Shown here: piece by piece, positions 59,688 to 64,000 of the stretch
Numbering within the stretch: the stretch's first letter is position 1
How the letters are laid out: each line of letters starts with the position of its first letter
DNA from: Eledone cirrhosa
Lineage: Eukaryota
Reading direction: 5' to 3'
DNA length: 64,000 nt
Assembly: GCA_964016885.1 (NCBI GenBank)
Contig: OZ024743.1
Coordinates: 348,068,001 to 348,132,000, forward strand
The notes under the pieces: model-generated
Seen by the model: the letters and a program-made list of their open reading frames with translations, nothing else
Told to the model about the DNA's origin: nothing
Databases searched by the model: none
Made by a program: the position numbers and the translations under genes

Positions 59688-59880
59688 AATTGTTTCTACT
59701 TTTGGCACAAGGCCAGCAATTACCCAGTGCATTACTGGTACTTTATTTTATCGACCCCGTAAGGATGAAAGGCAAAGTCAACCTCGGCGGGATTTGAACT
59801 CAGATCGTAAAGGGACGTAACTATGCTGGAAAGCATGGCGTCCGACCCTCTACCGATACTGCCAATCCACCACCCTTGCT
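59688..59880 (-). mobile_element. tRNA-derived SINE (octopus OK-like)
   Basis: Minus: tggcagtatcggtag (A box)...gagttcaaatccc (B box) gccgaggttgactttgcctttcatcc...gataaaataaagtaccag...ctggccttgtgccaaaagtagaaac. Confidence 0.75.
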
Positions 59881-59896
59881 GTATGTACATAATGAT

Positions 59897-59995
<99 letters not shown>

Positions 59996-60188
59996 GATTG
60001 TGTGTGATTTAGGTGTAATTATTAAAGGCAAGGAAAGTATTTTAGCTAGAAACGAAGCCTCATGAATTCAGTTCTACCATGTCACTCATCATGGATGTTT
60101 GCGGGTTACTTCATATATTTTTTATTAATAAATATATATAAAATATTCTAAATACACCTTGGAATTTCAGCAACATAATATCCATAAG

Positions 60189-60223
<35 letters not shown>

Positions 60224-60230
<7 letters not shown>

Positions 60231-60265
60231 CTTTTAGAAGTTTACATACACATAAACAAGACAGA

Positions 60266-60313
<48 letters not shown>

Positions 60314-61235
60314 TGTTTTTGGCAACAATTCACGGTGTGGCTCAATGACGAATTGATTAATGAAATAATCAAACGTCAGAGTAATATATAAGAACGTAAT
60401 TCCATAGAATCATTAGATAAAATATATACAGTATTTCTTCTCCCAATCAGCTTAATCAACCATACAAAAAAAAATCATTTAAACGAGGCTATAAGTTTAA
60501 AATATACCTATGAAGAAATAATAGATAAATAAATTTGTATCCGCCACAGAAAATTCACCTAGTATTTCTGATACCCTGTAGAAATTGACTAGACATAGTT
60601 AACCATAAATAATTAGGTACAGAATCAAAGTTAGAAGAAAAAGTGTACATAAACATACCAAAATCATCAAATATATCTCTACCCTCTGGGATTTCATTCG
60701 CTTTTTGGAAATATCCGGTATTGGATAAATCAACGACTTTCGAAATCATCAGGAGACAAACTCAATTTGACAAAGATTTTTCTTAAATGATCCTCGCCCG
60801 AAACGCATTCAAAATGGCTAAGAATTGTCACGTGGCTAGTGGTCAAGTCAGAAAGCTTGTGATTGGTGCCTGTCGGCGAGTAGGCCCTGTTGCTAGAAAG
60901 CGCAGCCGAATACTCCCTAAAGTTTTACTCAACCTTACGGGAGTATATAAAATTTAGAAGTTTACACACACATAAACTAGACAGAGCCATATATATATAT
61001 GTTTTTGGCAACCATTCACGGTGTGGCTCAATGACGAATTAATTAATTAAATAATCAACAATCAGAGTAATATATAAGAAAGTAAGTCCATAGAATCATT
61101 AGATAAAATATATACAGTATTTCTTCTCCCAATCAGCATAATAAACCATACAAAAAATCATTTAAACGAGGCTATAAGTTTTAAATATACCCATGAAGAA
61201 ATAATAGATAAATAAATGATAGCTTTTTATCCGCG
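60224..61235 (+). repeat. Diverged ~290-320-bp direct repeats (60224-60545, 60945-61235) around a ~400-bp spacer
   Basis: ttagaagtttaca.acacataaac.agacagagcc...gaagaaataatagataaataaat occurs twice. Confidence 0.8.
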
Positions 61236-61355
61236 ATATATATATATATCAAGGGAGTGTAACTTGGAGTTAAGGTAGGTTTACCCGGGTGAGAACTCGA
61301 TGGCTTAGGTTCACTTCAGTGTCGAGGTGTAGAGCTATATAGAGTGTATTATAGA

Positions 61356-61652
61356 TAAATAAGATAACAAGGACGATTGGTTACTCCTTCATCACGTTTA
61401 TTGGTTGGTGTTGCGCGTTTCGCCACTGACCAGCTCAAGGTTCGATCTGTATCGATCTGACCTGACTCTGTAATCCGCAGTTCGTCAGAAACCCTTGTAA
61501 TGTTAATTTTACAAGGGGTCTGACGAGGCGCGGTTTACAGAGTCAGGTCAGATCGTTACACATCGAACCTTGAGCTGGTCAGTGGCGAAATGCGCATCAT
61601 CAACCAATAAATGTAATGAAGGAGTAACCAATGGTCCTTGTTATCTTATTTA
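61356..61652. repeat. Foldback palindrome (~145-bp arms) with one hammerhead motif per arm
   Basis: Centre ~61504. Right arm: ggt CTGACGA g..long stem II..gtggc GAAA tgcgca TC atc (61517-61601). Confidence 0.8.
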
Positions 61653-61890
61653 ACTATACATATATATATATATATTAATGAAAGGAATTCCAACTGTGTC
61701 TGATTTACTCGTTTTATTTACAATCCTTTAAAATTATAATGATATTATAATGAAATAGTAGAATATTAAATATTGAGTGTTAATTGAACAAGTACTTTCA
61801 TGCTTTCGCAATCTTCAGGTTCATATTCAGTGGTGACAGTCAAGTTTGCAATTTTCTAATATAATTTTCTATACACAATCATACACACCC

Positions 61891-61960
<70 letters not shown>

Positions 61961-62092
61961 ATATATATATGTATATATATATATATGTATATACAGTATA
62001 TATATATATGTGTGTGTATATATATGTATATATATATGTATGTATATATGTATATATATATATATATATACATATATATAAATATATGTACA

Positions 62093-62157
<65 letters not shown>

Positions 62158-62519
62158 GTAGAAAGAGAGAGACATAAGGGGGAGGGACAAAAGATAGATA
62201 TCCCTTAAAGTTAAACTTCGTAAATTTTGATTGATTAATGGGGAGTTAAATAAAACTGTTTGTAAATCATTCTGTCAATATCTATTTCGTCAGGGACTGA
62301 GCAATACCTGGATTGACATGTTGCAGGATTGGTGTAGAATAGTGACCCCACCCCTATACACACACACAATAATACTCACACAAACATATATATAATTATA
62401 TGTATGTCTCTTTGTATTCATGCATATATGAATTATATACATATAGAAATCAATGAATGCGCATGTGTGCATGTGCAAGTCCATGCGTTTTGACTGAAAT
62501 ATTTATTTTACATACAAAA

Positions 62520-62634
<115 letters not shown>

Positions 62635-62661
62635 TATATATGTATATTTATATATATATGT

Positions 62662-62711
<50 letters not shown>

Positions 62712-62713
62712 GA

Positions 62714-62744
<31 letters not shown>

Positions 62745-62758
62745 AATATATATATATG

Positions 62759-62830
<72 letters not shown>

Positions 62831-63363
62831 TATTTACATATATACATACATACTTACATACATACATACGTACATGCGTACATACATATATAAATACGTA
62901 CGTACATGCATACATAAATGCATAATGCATACACGCATGCATTATTACATATATGAGACAGGTAATGTATAGTGCGGAAAAAGAAAGAATGGAAATGAAA
63001 AACATGGCAGAAATGATAGAGGATCATATATAATGCAAATATAAAATTAAAACGACGATAAATATAGGAAATGGAAACATACATGCAAAAACATAAACAA
63101 ATATGGAAATATAAGAATAAAACATGTAAAAAAAGAAACGCAACTTCCGATAACATGATTGTAGAAAAATGGTGAATATATTTAGTACTGTGAAATATAA
63201 TAAAAATCGATGCTGCTCCGGAAACTATAATAGGTGTCTACAGTTAGTGAGAATCTCATCCAATATGGCTTTATGAATAGAGATGTGCACACACGATCAT
63301 ATACAAAGGTACATGAATACATATGCACGTGAACGTGCACAAACACGCACATTCATATACACA

Positions 63364-63438
<75 letters not shown>

Positions 63439-63512
63439 AGAAGATAGGAGGCAAGAGAAAGAGAGAGGGTGAGACGGCGGAAGAGAGAGATGCATAAATA
63501 TATAATAAATAA

Positions 63513-63641
<129 letters not shown>

Positions 63642-63642
63642 T

Positions 63643-63738
<96 letters not shown>

Positions 63739-63765
63739 AATATATATTTATATATATATATATAT

Positions 63766-63880
63766 ATTTTTAATATAGAAGAGATTCTACAGGACTAGAA
63801 CTGTTTCATTCATTAGAAATCGATGATTTCTAATGAATGAAACAGTTCTAGTCCTGTAGAATCTCTTCTATATTAAAAAT
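63766..63880. repeat. Perfect ~56-bp-arm palindrome containing a 5'-clipped hammerhead
   Basis: ...cattagaaatc gat gatttctaatg...; right arm GATGA tttc-taat-gaat GAAA cagttctag TC. Confidence 0.85.
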
Positions 63881-63946
63881 GTTATACTCTGCTATGTATT
63901 GAGTACCTTACTTACTGTGGTTACCTCCGATTCAACCCGGAATAAC

Positions 63947-64000
<54 letters not shown>

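Noticed and set aside
59688-59880. tRNA gene
   Set aside because: A/B boxes are present but there is no cloverleaf, and related copies at 14412 and 59200 indicate a SINE.

Overview
Eukaryotic, AT-rich DNA dense in microsatellites, with no supportable host protein-coding exon. tRNA-derived SINEs resembling the octopus OK/OR families suggest a cephalopod (inference). The window is almost entirely mobile DNA. 1-14.6 kb is a nested pile of Tx1/L1-like LINE pieces plus a near-intact R4/Dong-like RLE retrotransposon, with (AAT)n tracts at most element ends. Further on are bipartite RTE-derived elements, four decayed Penelope-like elements (PLEs), solo and foldback pLTRs, and mariner, hAT, Helitron and CRE-like remnants. 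The most striking feature is at 36.5-41.4 kb: two adjacent, apparently unrelated non-coding tandem arrays (591-bp and 467-bp units), each unit carrying one type I hammerhead ribozyme (HHR), i.e. retrozyme-like elements. The 591-bp unit has a compensatory U3-A8 core variant. The 467-bp array flips orientation to form a ~3.1-kb palindrome. Over 20 HHR or HHR-like motifs are visible, including a family-wide U4A core variant, and inversion junctions repeatedly fall in or just 5' of the HHR. All calls were made by eye; no searches or folding programs were run.
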